Source: Octopus vulgaris (Eukaryota). Taken from it: DNA of 64,000 bases. The position numbers and the translations under genes were made by a program. The DNA is taken from contig OX597820.1 of NCBI GenBank assembly GCA_951406725.2, forward strand, positions 56,544,001 through 56,608,000, in the 5' to 3' direction. Shown piece after piece: positions 27,573 through 40,254 of this stretch. The first letter of the stretch is position 1, and the number at the start of each line of letters is the position of its first letter. Below the pieces are notes generated by a model. That model searched no databases. It was given only the letters and a program-made list of their open reading frames with translations, and was not told where the DNA came from.

Positions 27573-27762
27573 GTTGTTGTTGTTATAATTATTATAAATT
27601 ATTATTATCATTATTGTTGTTGTTATTATTATTATTATTATTACTAGTAGTAGTAGTAGTAGCAGTAGTTGTAGTAGAAGTAGTATCCTCCTCCTCATCA
27701 TCATCATCATCACCATCACCATCATCATCATCATCACCATCATCATCATCATCTCCATCATT

Positions 27763-27796
<34 letters not shown>

Positions 27797-27845
27797 CCAC
27801 CACCACCACCAGCACCACACCACCATCACCACCACCACCACTACC

Positions 27846-27903
<58 letters not shown>

Positions 27904-27916
27904 CCATCATTATTAT

Positions 27917-27988
<72 letters not shown>

Positions 27989-28033
27989 TATCATCACCAC
28001 CACCACCACCACCACCACCACCACCATCATCAT

Positions 28034-28066
<33 letters not shown>

Positions 28067-28080
28067 CATATCATCATCAT
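27501..28080. repeat. Compound trinucleotide microsatellite (TAT/TAG/CAT/CAC)
   Basis: Direct reading; source of the polyY/S/H ORF. Confidence 0.95.
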
Positions 28081-28081
28081 C

Positions 28082-28315
28082 AAGGCGGTGAGCCAGCAGA
28101 ATCGTTGTACGCCAGGCAAAATTTCTTAGCGGCGTTTCGTCCGTCTTTACGCTCTGGGTTCAAATGTCGCCGAGGTCGACTTTGCCTTTCATCCTTTCGG
28201 GGTCGATAAAATAACTACCAGTTGAGCACTGGGGTCGATGTAATCAGCTTAGCCTCTCACCCCACCCCACCCCCAACGAAATTGCTGGCTTTGTGCCTAA
28301 AATTTAAACCATTAT
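28082..28315 (+). mobile_element. SINE family B monomer
   Basis: aaggcggtgagccagcagaatcgtt...gccgaggtcgactttgcctttcatcctttcggggtcgataaaat. Confidence 0.88.
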
Positions 28316-28659
28316 TACCAGCAAGTTTGCTTCTAATCCATAATACTTTGTTATGAAAATATTTAACTGTATTACAAAGAATGTTACACACATGAAATCA
28401 TAGAAGTTAAAGTTTTACACACAAGGTGAATTATTCCCACACATACACACATTCGTCCATACACATAAAATCCCAACGGAGAGTAAAACAAAACAGCTCG
28501 ATTAGTTTTTGATTACCAGTTAAACATTCTTTCTGCAGAGACAGATAATTTACCTGCAGATAAACACTGCTTCCGTACTTTAGTTAATTAATATGCTCGA
28601 TAATATTTAAAAGAAGTATCGCTTACTCATCGAATTTTTCATAAGTAATTGTACGCTGG

Positions 28660-28702
<43 letters not shown>

Positions 28703-28970
28703 GTCTTTCTTTCTTTCCTTCTTTCTTTCTTTCTTTCTTTCTTCGTCCATTGATGCATGAAATTAAGCACTTCTGATGAACCGATAATGGTTTGTTCGAC
28801 AGAGAAATCTGTGGTCTTATGACAATGGGGTCTATTTGCACGGCGAGGTTATGTGCGCATGTAAATGTATTTACAACACAAACGTTTAAGTATGGATGTA
28901 TATTTTGTTAACACTGTTTCTCTTAATCAAACTAATACATTTGTTAAAATTTGTTCCTCTTGTGTTGTCT

Positions 28971-29058
<88 letters not shown>

Positions 29059-29109
29059 ACACACACACACATACACACACACACATACACACACACACAT
29101 ATATATATA

Positions 29110-29330
29110 TAAGTTAATTAAAAGCAGCAGCAATATGACAAAGCTGTTACTCAGAGTTTTACGTTCCTATTCGTCGGACAGTTTTGTTAAAATACAACAG
29201 AAATAACAATATAATCAAAACTAGTTAAATGATACACCTTTAAAAATGGATTTGTTTCATTAAAAATTTTTGATTATATCGTTATTTCTGTTCTATTTTA
29301 ACAAAACTGTACGACGAGCGGGAATAAAAG
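29110..29330 (-). mobile_element. Short foldback element with a degenerate type I HHR (29138-29187)
   Basis: Inverted repeat 29164-29220 / 29268-29325; minus strand ACAAAACTGT-CCGACGA-ATAGGAACGT-AAAA-CTCTGAG-TA-ACAGCTTTGT. Confidence 0.6.
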
Positions 29331-29359
29331 AATATGTCCGGCCTTCGCTATGATAGATC

Positions 29360-29540
29360 ACTAGCCACCACACATTCTTTATTTTCTCTCCTTGTTTCTT
29401 TCTGTGTTCCTTTCTGTGGAAGAGTGTAGGCTCGAAACGTTAAAGAATTTTTCACTTCCCGAGCGTTATACTAATACATCTGTTTGTTGTCTACACCACC
29501 TGTCTTCGTCTTTTGTTTTTTTTTTGTGAATTCTCCCTAT
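29360..29540 (+). mobile_element. HHR-bearing short element family D (Penelope pseudo-LTR-like)
   Basis: CTTT-CTGTGGA-A-GAGTGTAGGCTC-GAAA-CGT-T-AAAG at 29410-29445; homologous to 44742-44925 and 56015-56208. Confidence 0.7.
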
Positions 29541-29563
29541 ACATACATACATACATACATACA

Positions 29564-29663
<100 letters not shown>

Positions 29664-29903
29664 GGGAATAAATCCAAACTTACAGCGAAAAATCAGATTT
29701 AGGATTGAATTCAATTTTATAGTAAAATATTATATTATATTAAATTAGAGATAAAACCACTATTAGGCAAATCATACAGTGTTATACTAATTATCTTTTT
29801 TAATAATTTTGATATATATTTAAATAATATAAATTAATTAATCTTATGTATTAGCTTAAGTTTTTCATCGTATGATTTGCCTAATAGTGGTTCTATCTCT
29901 AAT

Positions 29904-29958
<55 letters not shown>

Positions 29959-29963
<5 letters not shown>

Positions 29964-30128
29964 GCACTACCTTTAGTTGAACAAGTCGACCCCAGGACTT
30001 ATTCTTTGTAAGCTTAGTACATATTCTATCGATCTGTTTTGCCGAACGGCTAAGTTACAGGGTCGTAAACACACTAACATCGGTGTCAAATGATTGTGGG
30101 GGGACAAACACAGACACACAAATACATA
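29959..30128 (-). mobile_element. SINE family A fragment interrupted by a Tc1/mariner insertion
   Basis: 3' half of family A ending in its internal microsatellite at TA 30129-30130. Confidence 0.85.
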
Positions 30129-30970
30129 TACAGAGTGGGTGGAAAGTAATTAGGCTTCTAGAATTTTTAGTATCACTGAAGTCATGACGAAAACATTTTT
30201 ATACAGACAACGCTAATGAGGATTTTTTATTTCCTTATTGTCTTATTTCTTATTTTCCAGATGGCCGGTCGCTTGACTGTTCAGGAGCGAGCTAAGATAG
30301 CAGCACGCTATGAAGTGTGGAATTCCATTGTTTTGGTTCAGAGATAGTGGCGTGCATGGAAAAGGTAAGCACGCAACACTACGTCCGGAGACAATAAAAA
30401 GTTGTCATGCAAAGCTGATGACCACGATCTCTGTGAACGATGCAAGAAGAAGTGGCCGTCTAGCCATATCCCGATCGGCAGAGAACGTGGTAACAGTGCA
30501 GGAAATGTTTAATCGCATCCCACAAAAACCAACGCGTCAAGTAGCTCGTGAAAGTGGACTAACAAGACACACATACGTACGGTGTTGCATGAAGAATTGG
30601 ATTTTCATCCGTGGAAGCCCCATTACATGCAGGAGCTAAAACCGGAAGACTGTGACCGCAGATGTCCAAAAGTTCAGAACTCCAAGAAATCCAGATCTCA
30701 CTCCATGTGATTTTTACATGCGGAGTTACACAAAAGGGGAGGTGTACAAGACAAAACCACGCACACTACAGGACTTGGAGACACGAATTCAGGAGGTTCT
30801 CAATGATATCCCAGACGACGTTCTTCAGAAGGTTGTTCATTCCATCCCGGGCCGTTTGAGGAAACTGGTTGACAGCACCAGGGCTTACACTGAAATATGA
30901 AAATCTACTTTCATCTTCCCATGTGGTAAGGAACATTTGTTTCAATAAATTTGTAAAAGGAATTTTTCTG
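30129..30970 (+). mobile_element. Internally deleted Tc1/mariner element (DUF4817-type N-terminus, probably DD41D/rosa-like)
   Basis: TA|CAGAGTGG start; ATG 30261 MAGRLTVQERAKIAARYEVWNSIVLVQR*W...RRSGR; C-terminal PRNPDLTPCDFYMRSYTKGEVYKTKPRTLQDL (WPPRSPDLTPCDF motif); stops and frameshifts. Confidence 0.85.
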
Positions 30971-30971
30971 C

Positions 30972-31497
30972 AATTCCTCCTTTCATTCGCAATTTCTCGC
31001 TCAAAATTCGTTGGCAGGAGCTCCAGGACACACCAATCATATCAACTAGTTTGTTGCTGATGGTCCTCCAAGATCAGTTCATGAATTTTCATGATGTTTT
31101 CATTCCTTTGGGAGGTCGGTGGTTGTCCTGAACGAGGTTGGTCTTCAACCGACAAGTGACCATTCCTAAAGCGTGGAAACCATTGCTCATGGCAGCGTCC
31201 TTGTAAGCTGTCCTTCTAGCATGACAACTGTTTCAGCCACCATCTTCTCCAGCAGAAAACAGAATTTCACATAAGCCCGCTATCCCTTCGTTTCAGCCAT
31301 CGCAAAAATCGACGAACAAGGGAGAAACGCTGCAAAACAAAAACGCGCCACGTGGCAGTACGACCTCATTGAACGATGTCGGTTGGCAGACTGATGGCTT
31401 AGGGTTGCAACAAGTGGCTTCTAGCGGTAGAAGCCTGAACTACAACGGGCTTGTTCCACAGATAACGTTTTCGGTTGCTTTTGGGTATCCTCTCATA
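30972..31497 (-). mobile_element. Mariner 5' remnant with left TIR
   Basis: Minus: TATGAGAGGATACCCAAAAG terminus; RAYVKFCFLLEKMVAETVVML...WFPRFRNGHLSVEDQPRSGQP...VSWSSCQRILSEKLRMK. Confidence 0.85.
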
Positions 31498-33481
31498 TGT
31501 CTACAAAACTCCATCATTAGCGGCATAATGGATAGAGTGACATAATGGATACTTAAAAAAAAATACTAGTGATTTAAATGTATGACAAACTTCTCAGAAC
31601 ACGGTGTTTGTCGAAAACACTTTATAAGCCTGGAAAATATCCTTTCTGGACATTTTTGAGGATATCTATTATCAGCAGGTCTGTGGAAAGAACTGTTGTA
31701 GAAACAATAACCAAATGCTTCTGTATACACAACTTGGGGATGGACTAGCAGTAACGAGCTCTGGGTTCTGCGTGAATTGACCAGGTGAAACGAGATGTTG
31801 TTTTAAGTATAGAAGGTATGAATACTCCGAGAAGGCTTAAGCGTGTTTTTTAATTATAAATGTTAAAGAAGTATGTACCTAAACCATATAATAGTGGAAT
31901 ATAAAATACGCCTACAATTCTATAGCTGATACAAGAGGACTCAATGATGTGGTAGAAATTCAGATCCATGGCATAAAGTTTACATGATAAAAAAGAAACA
32001 GAATTATTCATCTGAATAAAAATAAAATCACTACTATACAGAATATATACATAATATGTATACATATATGAATCTGTGTATGTGTATGTGTATGGAATAT
32101 AGATATGTATGTATATGTGTATATATTTGCATGTATGTAAATATGACTACTATATGCATATATATATATATGTGCATCTACATTTCTCTCTGTCTCTCCC
32201 CCTCTATCTATCTATAAAACACGCACACACATATGCATATACATATATATTTACACGTACACATCAGAATATATAAACGAGAAGAAGAAGTACTCCATAC
32301 AAAAAGCCATTATTTTAAAGCCGAGTTTGCTGTTTGTTACTATTACTCAGAATTTTGAGTTTCAGTTTATCCCGCAACTTCATATTATCAAAAAACTCGG
32401 AATAATTTCTTAATTAGGATCCTTTTATCGACAGCATCAAGATAATTTCATGGAATATGAATATTATCGGTGAAGCAAGGATTACATCTCTGTGTTCCGT
32501 ATTCATATATGAATATACGTTCAATGATGTAAGAATCGATCTTTAAGTCGTGCTTTTTCGTCGTGTAAGCTCCGATTATATTTGGATAAAGTTTTGTCGT
32601 ATCGTCTTAAAAGTATGAATATACTAGGAATATATTGTTTTAAAAAATTCTCGAGTGGTCTGACGTAGCCTCCTGGTGTGATAATGAGATTGTTTTGAAT
32701 GAAAGTTTCTATTAAGTGGAAAGGAGAATGAAATATTAACCTACGCATAAGAGAAATATGCGAACCAGACATGTGATTAAATTTCTATAATATATTTTTA
32801 CTAGGGTTTCGGCGAATTTAATATTACAAGAATTTCTTAATTTCAAGGAATTTCGATTAAAAATCTTGTGATGATTATAATCTGGGGAAGTGCTTACATA
32901 TTAAATTTACCGTTTGAAGACCATGGCGTCCTTTTCATACATAATTTGTTTAGTGATAAATCAAATAAAGTCAGGTTAGCTGAAGTAAAACACGCGCTTG
33001 CGCACACACGCACACATAAGCATATATACACATACGCATGTGTATATGATTGTAGGCATTTACGTATACATGCAATCCCTTGTGCATAATAAGTACTCAT
33101 ATACATGATCCTGATATAGTCAGTAACGTTGTAATGGAGTCTGTATATTGCTTTTTTTACACTAACACACACAATGTAAAATTCAGTCATAGTGGGATCG
33201 AAATAAAGAACTTATGATTAGGAAGCGAACTCCTTAACCACATGACCATGCCTGCATCGACAAGTGTGCATATAAACTTTTGGATTTTTGTATAGTAATA
33301 TCAATATATTACTATATTTTTATGCTTTGAAAATTGTTTCCCATGTGGCTATTACATGATGTGCGTATTTTTAAATGTCATGGTCACAAGGGAATCCCAC
33401 GTTGTACTTATATAAACCCATCATGCACAACTAAATAATGCTCTCTCTGTCTCACCCAAATATATATGTATGTATACATGC

Positions 33482-33556
<75 letters not shown>

Positions 33557-33594
33557 CATCCATCCATCCATCCATCCGTCCGTCTATCTATCTA

Positions 33595-33625
<31 letters not shown>

Positions 33626-33650
33626 GCCTGCCTGCCTTCCTGCCTTCATG

Positions 33651-33704
<54 letters not shown>

Positions 33705-33707
33705 TGA

Positions 33708-33795
<88 letters not shown>

Positions 33796-34518
33796 GATAT
33801 ACTTATATGCATGTATATATACTTACTTTTATATATACACTTATGTATGTAAATTTATATTACTCACACATCTCTCTCTCTCTCTTCTTCCTTTCTATTT
33901 CGCTCTCTCCACATACCCACACATACACACACACTATTACACACACACACACACACACTCTCTCTCTTACACATACATACACATACACTCACATACACAC
34001 GCACACACACACATATTCACTTACGCGTTTGTCCCCTGTAACATTAAAGATTTAGAGGTTCACTGAAATATTGAAATTAACACGCATACGCATTTTCGCA
34101 TATACACGCAAACGAAGATCTGTCTACGGTTGAGTGAAGACGAATATTCTAAATATATATGTGCACAACTGTATTTTAATTATCGGTGCTTAGTGTGCCT
34201 TTAATTTATCAGTTTATTTATTTCAGCTCTGACAAATGTTTGTATACGCCAGCAATGTTATTATTTACTATTTATACCTCAGAATGGCATTTTTTAGTGA
34301 GCTGCTAATGACAGCACCAACGTCTGTAATCGATGAAGTGTAACCACGCAGAAATGCGTGTCCTATAATGAGTCCTAAGTGCATCTCTGTTGTCCCAGAT
34401 ATTTCCTATAAGGAAAATTTCTCTTCCAAGACAGACAACGCAGCGAAGGGTTTTCCAAGTCTGACAGTGCAGAAACGCATAAAATATAAATGCATACATC
34501 TGTACTCATTACTACTTA

Positions 34519-34580
<62 letters not shown>

Positions 34581-34782
34581 CTGTATTTGAGTGTATGTTT
34601 TGTGCGCGCATGTATATATTGTTTTTAGCTTTATTTGCCTTGAGGTCCACCATTCTGAAAAGAATTATTTCACGTTTTCGCGTAAGTAATAAATATTGTT
34701 AGACGTTAACGGTTCATATATATATGCACGCATATACGTGCGCGCGCACACACACACACATACACATTCGCGCGCACACATA

Positions 34783-34996
34783 TACGATGAGGTACTGAAA
34801 AGTTCCTGACTTTACGTAAAAGAAAATACAGAAGGATCAGTTAATTATTTAACATATTTTTCCTCTTAGATTCACCCATTTATTGCAGCCACCCTTCAAT
34901 TTTTCTAAGCCCTGTAAAAGAACTCGGAAGATTGGGACTCTAACCAGGCCTTTCGCGACACCCTTAAAGCCAAGACCTTTTCAGCATTCCCTCGTA
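34783..34996. mobile_element. Mariner-derived MITE
   Basis: TA flanks; imperfect ~30 bp TIRs CGATGAGGTACTGAAAAGTTCCTGACTTTA and (reverse complement of right end) CGAGGGAATGCTGAAAAGGTCTTGGCTTTA. Confidence 0.8.
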
Positions 34997-35273
34997 CACA
35001 TAATGGACTCCCATGTCGTAAACGACAAATGAGGGTTCCGCAGCCTGATATCTCTATTTTGGCCTTGTATGGAAGAGACGTTTTATGGTACTAATTGGCG
35101 ATCTTCTGTAGGCTTATGCTTTCTACTTTGGGAAGCGTAATACCGCCTTTCTGTGAGCTACAAATCCACAGTTACCACAAACGAAATCATTTGGAGGCAG
35201 ATTCTTGTTGGTGCTTCTACTTAAAATTCGTACGAATTGGATCACAATGCTTCTGTCTATACCGTTTCAACCG

Positions 35274-35337
<64 letters not shown>

Positions 35338-35385
35338 TGCGGACGTCTCGTGCATAGTTCTGCATATTTATATTTTGCTATGACG

Positions 35386-35458
35386 ACCACACTGATAAAT
35401 TGCGGACATTTACGTAAGTATTACGTAAGTGGTAACAATGAAATCAGGGTTTGTGATT
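35386..35458 (+). ncRNA. Degenerate type I HHR with long stem II
   Basis: CACA-CTGATAA-ATTG...CAAT-GAAA-TCAGGGT-T-TGTG; inner hairpin CATTTACGTAA/TTACGTAAGTG. Confidence 0.5.
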
Positions 35459-35604
35459 AATCTTTATAGTTTGTATCTTTTCATTTGTCTTGCTCGCTTA
35501 CGTTCTGGCGTTTGCTGAATTTTCTTAGTGGTCAGACCATATTGGGTCTACTTCTAGCATAATGGATGTCCACTTAGTGGTCATCCCCTCTTATATGTAT
35601 ATAT

Positions 35605-35804
35605 ATATTCTTTTATTCTTTTATTTGTTTCAGTCATTTTGACAGCGACCATGCTGGAGCACCGCCTTTAGTCGAACAAATCGACCCCAGGACATATTCT
35701 TTGTAAGCCTAGTACTTATGCTATCGGTCTCTTTTGCCGAACCACTGGGTTACGGGGACGTAAACACACCAGCATCGGCTGTCAAGCGATGTTGGGGGCG
35801 GAGA

Positions 35805-35858
<54 letters not shown>

Positions 35859-35862
35859 AATA

Positions 35863-35917
<55 letters not shown>
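35605..35917 (-). mobile_element. SINE family A, 3' half
   Basis: Consensus tail through the internal CA/TA tract; head missing. Confidence 0.85.
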
Positions 35918-35920
<3 letters not shown>

Positions 35921-36026
35921 GCTGAGTAGTTGGCGCGGTTACGTTGGATTTCGAAAAATTAGGATATATACACTCGGGGCCTCAGTGGAGTCGCCTCGTG
36001 TGTATATGTTCTCCTTTTCTTTTGGT

Positions 36027-36125
36027 GACTTTGCTGATGAAACAACCCAATCGTAAATGGATTTAATTTAATTTAATTAAGTTCAATTGCGTAAAAATTG
36101 TTGAAACCTTGCAGGGTACAAAGTT
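36027..36125 (+). ncRNA. Type I hammerhead ribozyme with intact core and long stem II
   Basis: Stem I GACTTTG/CAAAGTT, CTGATGA 36034-36040, stem II AACAA...TTGTT, GAAA 36103-36106, stem III CCTTGCAGGG, GTA triplet ending 36118. Confidence 0.75.
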
Positions 36126-36282
36126 GAAAGGGATAAATGTTTTTATTTCTCCTTTAGCTTTCAGAATTACTACTATTTTTGCGGTTTGAGTTTGGCTGCT
36201 CTTTTCAAGTGAGTTGAACGACCTCTCAGGGTCATTCCTTAATACTTTTGTTGAGTATATATAAGTATGTATGCACATATAT

Positions 36283-36540
36283 ATCTTTTATCTTTCTCTT
36301 GTTTAATTCATTTGACAGCGGCTATGCTGGGGGCACCACTTTGACGGGTTTTAGTCGAGCAAATCAACCTCAGAACTTATTTTTTTCTAAGCCTGGTACT
36401 TATTCTATCGAGATCTTCTTGCCGAACCGCTGAGTTACGGGAACGTAAAACCGGTTGTCAAGCGGTGGAGGGACACACGCGCACACAAAAACACACACAC
36501 ATACACACAAACACACACGCACATACACACACACACACAC
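36283..36540 (-). mobile_element. SINE family A, 3' half
   Basis: gcctggtacttattctatcg...gccgaaccgctgagttacggg...ggttgtcaagcg. Confidence 0.8.
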
Positions 36541-37649
36541 ACGAGGCATAAATATAGAGTGGGATACTGTGAAAGAGAAAGCCACTGTGGGAAAGATTTC
36601 GGGAAAATATTGTGAAAGAATGATTAGCAAACGGGTCAAGTAGTAAAGTACGGTGTTAAAATAGAACGGAGATAGTCAACGATACAGATGTTAGAAGATA
36701 TAGTGGCGGAGAAAGAGATGACAGCTAATGAGCAAGAAAAGGTGCGATATAAAGAAAGAAATGGGATGGTATGATAAGTGAAGGTGATAAATAACGCAAG
36801 ACAAGGGAAGTAACGTAAGTGGTCACGAGAGAATAGAAATGTGTATTTGAAACAGAAACAGAGAGAGGGAGAGGAAGAGAGAGAAGAGAGAGGAGAAGAG
36901 AGAGAGAGAAGAGAGAGAGAGATAGAAAGAGATTGAGAGAAAGAGAGAAAGAAAGAAAGGAAGAAGGAAGGAAAGGAAGAGTATAGTCTAATAGCGAAGT
37001 CTTATATTCATGAAATCTACGGACATTTAAAAGTATAAAATTGATTGCTTTAGTCTTGTCAGAATACCAAATCTTTGCAGGGATGGCATGTAGTCGATTT
37101 TATCGATTCTAGTATATTGATTTCATTCATTTTTAACGATCCCAAAGATAGGAAAAGCAGAGTCAATCCGATCTATGGGAGATTAGAGCTTAGATCTCGG
37201 AAGCAAGGGGGAGAAAGGAGTTAAATATCGTAAAACTTTTAATCCATTGTAGCATCATTGTACTATCTGACAAGTCATCGCCCTATTTTCGTGATTTAAA
37301 CGGGAGTTAACAAAGGAGCCATTAGGTGGTAGCTCAGTCTGCTAGAAATAACAGTCAGATTTTCTGTTAAACTACAATTTATCGTCTTAAATAAAAAAAA
37401 CACGGGGGATTAGCCATATATAGTCATACATAGACAAATTGACCGAATAGTCACGGTTGGAAACTCTTTGATCATATGTTGTCTCGATACGGGTTGACTT
37501 AGGGCTAAACAATATCAATAATCATCACAATAACAACTACAATCATTAGTCTTTTTCATAAATATTTAACTGAAAGATGGTGCTCTGTAAGGTAAGTGAT
37601 TAGAAATATCGGTTTGTGTTTCATTTATACTTAAATCTGAATGGTATTC

Positions 37650-38045
37650 GTGGATATGATTGTCTGGTTAAGAAACTCCCCTTTTAACCACTTGGTTCCC
37701 GGTTCAATCCCACTGCGCGACACTTTGAAAGTGTCTTCTTCTATAGCTCCGGGTCAACAAATGCTTTGTAAGTGAATTTGGAAACCCGACGCCCGCGCGC
37801 GTGTGTGTATGCGTGCGTGCGTGCGGCGTGTCTGCATGTCTGTTTTTGTCCTCTGCTTCACAACCGGTGTTGGGTTGCTTACATCTCCGTAATCTAATAG
37901 TTTGGTAATAAAAAATCGATAGAATAAGTATCAAACTAACAAAAAAAAATACTGAAGTAGATTTGGCTGACTAAAACCTTTCAGGCTGGTCATCCAGCAT
38001 GGGCGCAGTTCAATGGCTGAAACAAGTCAATGAAATTAAAGAAAT
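37650..38045 (+). mobile_element. Degenerate SINE family A
   Basis: ggttcccggttcaatcccactgcg head; ggctgaaacaagt tail. Confidence 0.8.
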
Positions 38046-38160
38046 AAATGCTATCTGTCATTAAGTCGTATAGCTTGATCTTTATGTGTGGAATGGGCAG
38101 GCAGAAACTATGGAAGCCCAAAGGCTCGATTGTACTTGGAATTCGAAGGGCCACTCTTAT

Positions 38161-38746
38161 TTCTTTATTGCCCACAAGGGGCTAAACATTAAGGGGACAA
38201 ACAAGGACAGACAAAGAGATTAAGTCGATTACATCGACCCAAGTACGTAACTGGTACTTAATTTATTGACCCCGAAAGATGAAAAGCAAAGTCGACCTCG
38301 GCGGAATTTGAGCTCAGAACGTAACGGCAGACGAAATACCTGTTTCTTTACTAACCACAAGGGGCTAAACACAGAGGAGACAAACAAGGACAGACAAACG
38401 GATTAAGTCGACTATATCGATCCCAGTACGTAACTGGTACTTAATTTATCGACCCTGAAAGGATGAAAGGCAAAGTCGACCTCGGCGGAATTTGAACTCA
38501 CAACGTAGCAGCAGAAGAAATACCTATTTCTTTACTACTCACAAGAGCTAAACACAGAAAGGACAAACAAGGACAGACAAACGGATTAAGTCGATTATAT
38601 CGACCCCAGTGCTTAACTGGTACTTATTTAATCGACCCCGAAAGGATGAAAGGCAAAGTCGACCTGGGCGGAATTTGATCTCAGAACATAACGGCAGACG
38701 AAATACCGCTACGCATTTCGCCCGGCGTGCTAACGTTTCTGCCAGC
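38161..38746 (-). mobile_element. SINE family B trimer with 18 bp target-site duplication
   Basis: Three ~183 bp units; flanks tcgaagggccactcttat (38143-38160) and tcgaaggcccactcttat (38747-38764). Confidence 0.9.
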
Positions 38747-39076
38747 TCGAAGGCCCACTCTTATCACACATCGTAATTAATTGATTCCACCTGATAGTCA
38801 GTGTAAAAGTATTCCTTAAGCAGGTAGTTCAGTTGATCAACCAATTGAATGCTCATCGTCGAAACTGATAGAGATCCACTACGTTTACAATATTGTGATC
38901 TACAGGTTACTGGGTAACCAGGTTACCATTGTCTATAGGCGGGACTCTGTATAACTGATAAATACAATTTCATTGTCAGCTTCAGCTGTTTACATAAAAC
39001 GATCTAATGGAAACAATCTTAGGAAATGAACTATTTGCCCAGTTTGAACAATGTTATGAGTATATATATATATATA

Positions 39077-39472
39077 CTCTTTTACCTTTTTTTTACTTGT
39101 TTCAGTCATTTGACTGTGGCCATGCTAGAGCACCGCCTTTAGTCAAGCAAATCGACCCCAGTACCTATTCTTTCTAAGCCTAGTGTTTATTCTATCGGTC
39201 TCTTTTTCCTGAACCGCTAAGTTACGGGGACGTAAACACACCAGCATCGGTTGTCAAGCGATGTTCGGGGGGAGGGGCAAATACAGACACACAAACGTAT
39301 ACACACACATACATATATATACATATACATATATACGACGGGCTTCTTTCAGTTTCCGTCTACCAAATCCACTGACAAGGCTTTGGTCGGCCTGAGGCTA
39401 TAGTAGAAGACACTTGCCCAAGGTGCCACGCAGTGGGACTGAACCCAGAACCGTGTGGTTGGTAAGCAAGCT
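39077..39472 (-). mobile_element. SINE family A (head clipped)
   Basis: Near-consensus copy. Confidence 0.9.
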
Positions 39473-39553
39473 AATATATTTAAAAATCTCTGTGTCTGTC
39501 TTTATCTCTCTCTCTCTCTGTTTCTCTCTCTCTCTCCCCCTCTCTCTCTCCCT

Positions 39554-39605
<52 letters not shown>

Positions 39606-40254
39606 CAAACCTTTATATTTTTTTGCTCGAGTAATTTCTGAACCAGTAGGGAAACACCCACTCAACACTCAAACCAAACCAAACCGAACCAAACCGAACC
39701 AAACCAAATCAAGCAAACAAATTTTATAACTTCATAAAAACAGAGGCACCTAATTTTTTTGCTGGTTCGATATGTTTAGGTGGGGGGTGACGGCGACCGA
39801 CGAATGATTGTAATTGTAATGCTACATAATGAAGTACCAACATCAACATTAATAAATAAAAGTAAAAATAAAATAAAAGTAAAAATAAAATAAAATAAAA
39901 GCTAGAATGCAATAAAACACACAACTAAATAAATGGATGAATGAATAAATAATAATAATTGATAGTTTAGAGTTTGTTCTTAAAATGTTAACCTACTTTT
40001 TTCTGTATATTGTTTTCTCGTTTGTATCTCAGAGAAGACAATTAGTAAACCGAGAAATAACACGTTTCATTACAGTTTGATCCAGATATTTTTTTTTTAA
40101 TATAGATATTTTTTATTTTGATGTTTTTTTTATATATAGAGATAATTTTTTTTATATAGATTTTTTTTTAAAGGAATCACGATGGTGGGTGGGTGTGGTG
40201 TGGTGATTGTGGGAATGTTCGCGAAAATTTTCGTATGTTGCTAATGTAAGTGGT

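Noticed and set aside
27485-28129. 214 aa His/Ser-rich ORF and the many YLSI, YVCM and THTH ORFs
   Set aside because: Translations of microsatellites.
28773-28830. HHR at CTGATGA 28773
   Set aside because: The ACC/GGT hairpin is not followed by GAAA and there is no closing stem I.
32440-32780. Ancient Penelope RT remnant on minus (LTSLNVYSYMNTEH)
   Set aside because: Resemblance to the DVxSLYTNIPH motif is too loose without an HMM search.
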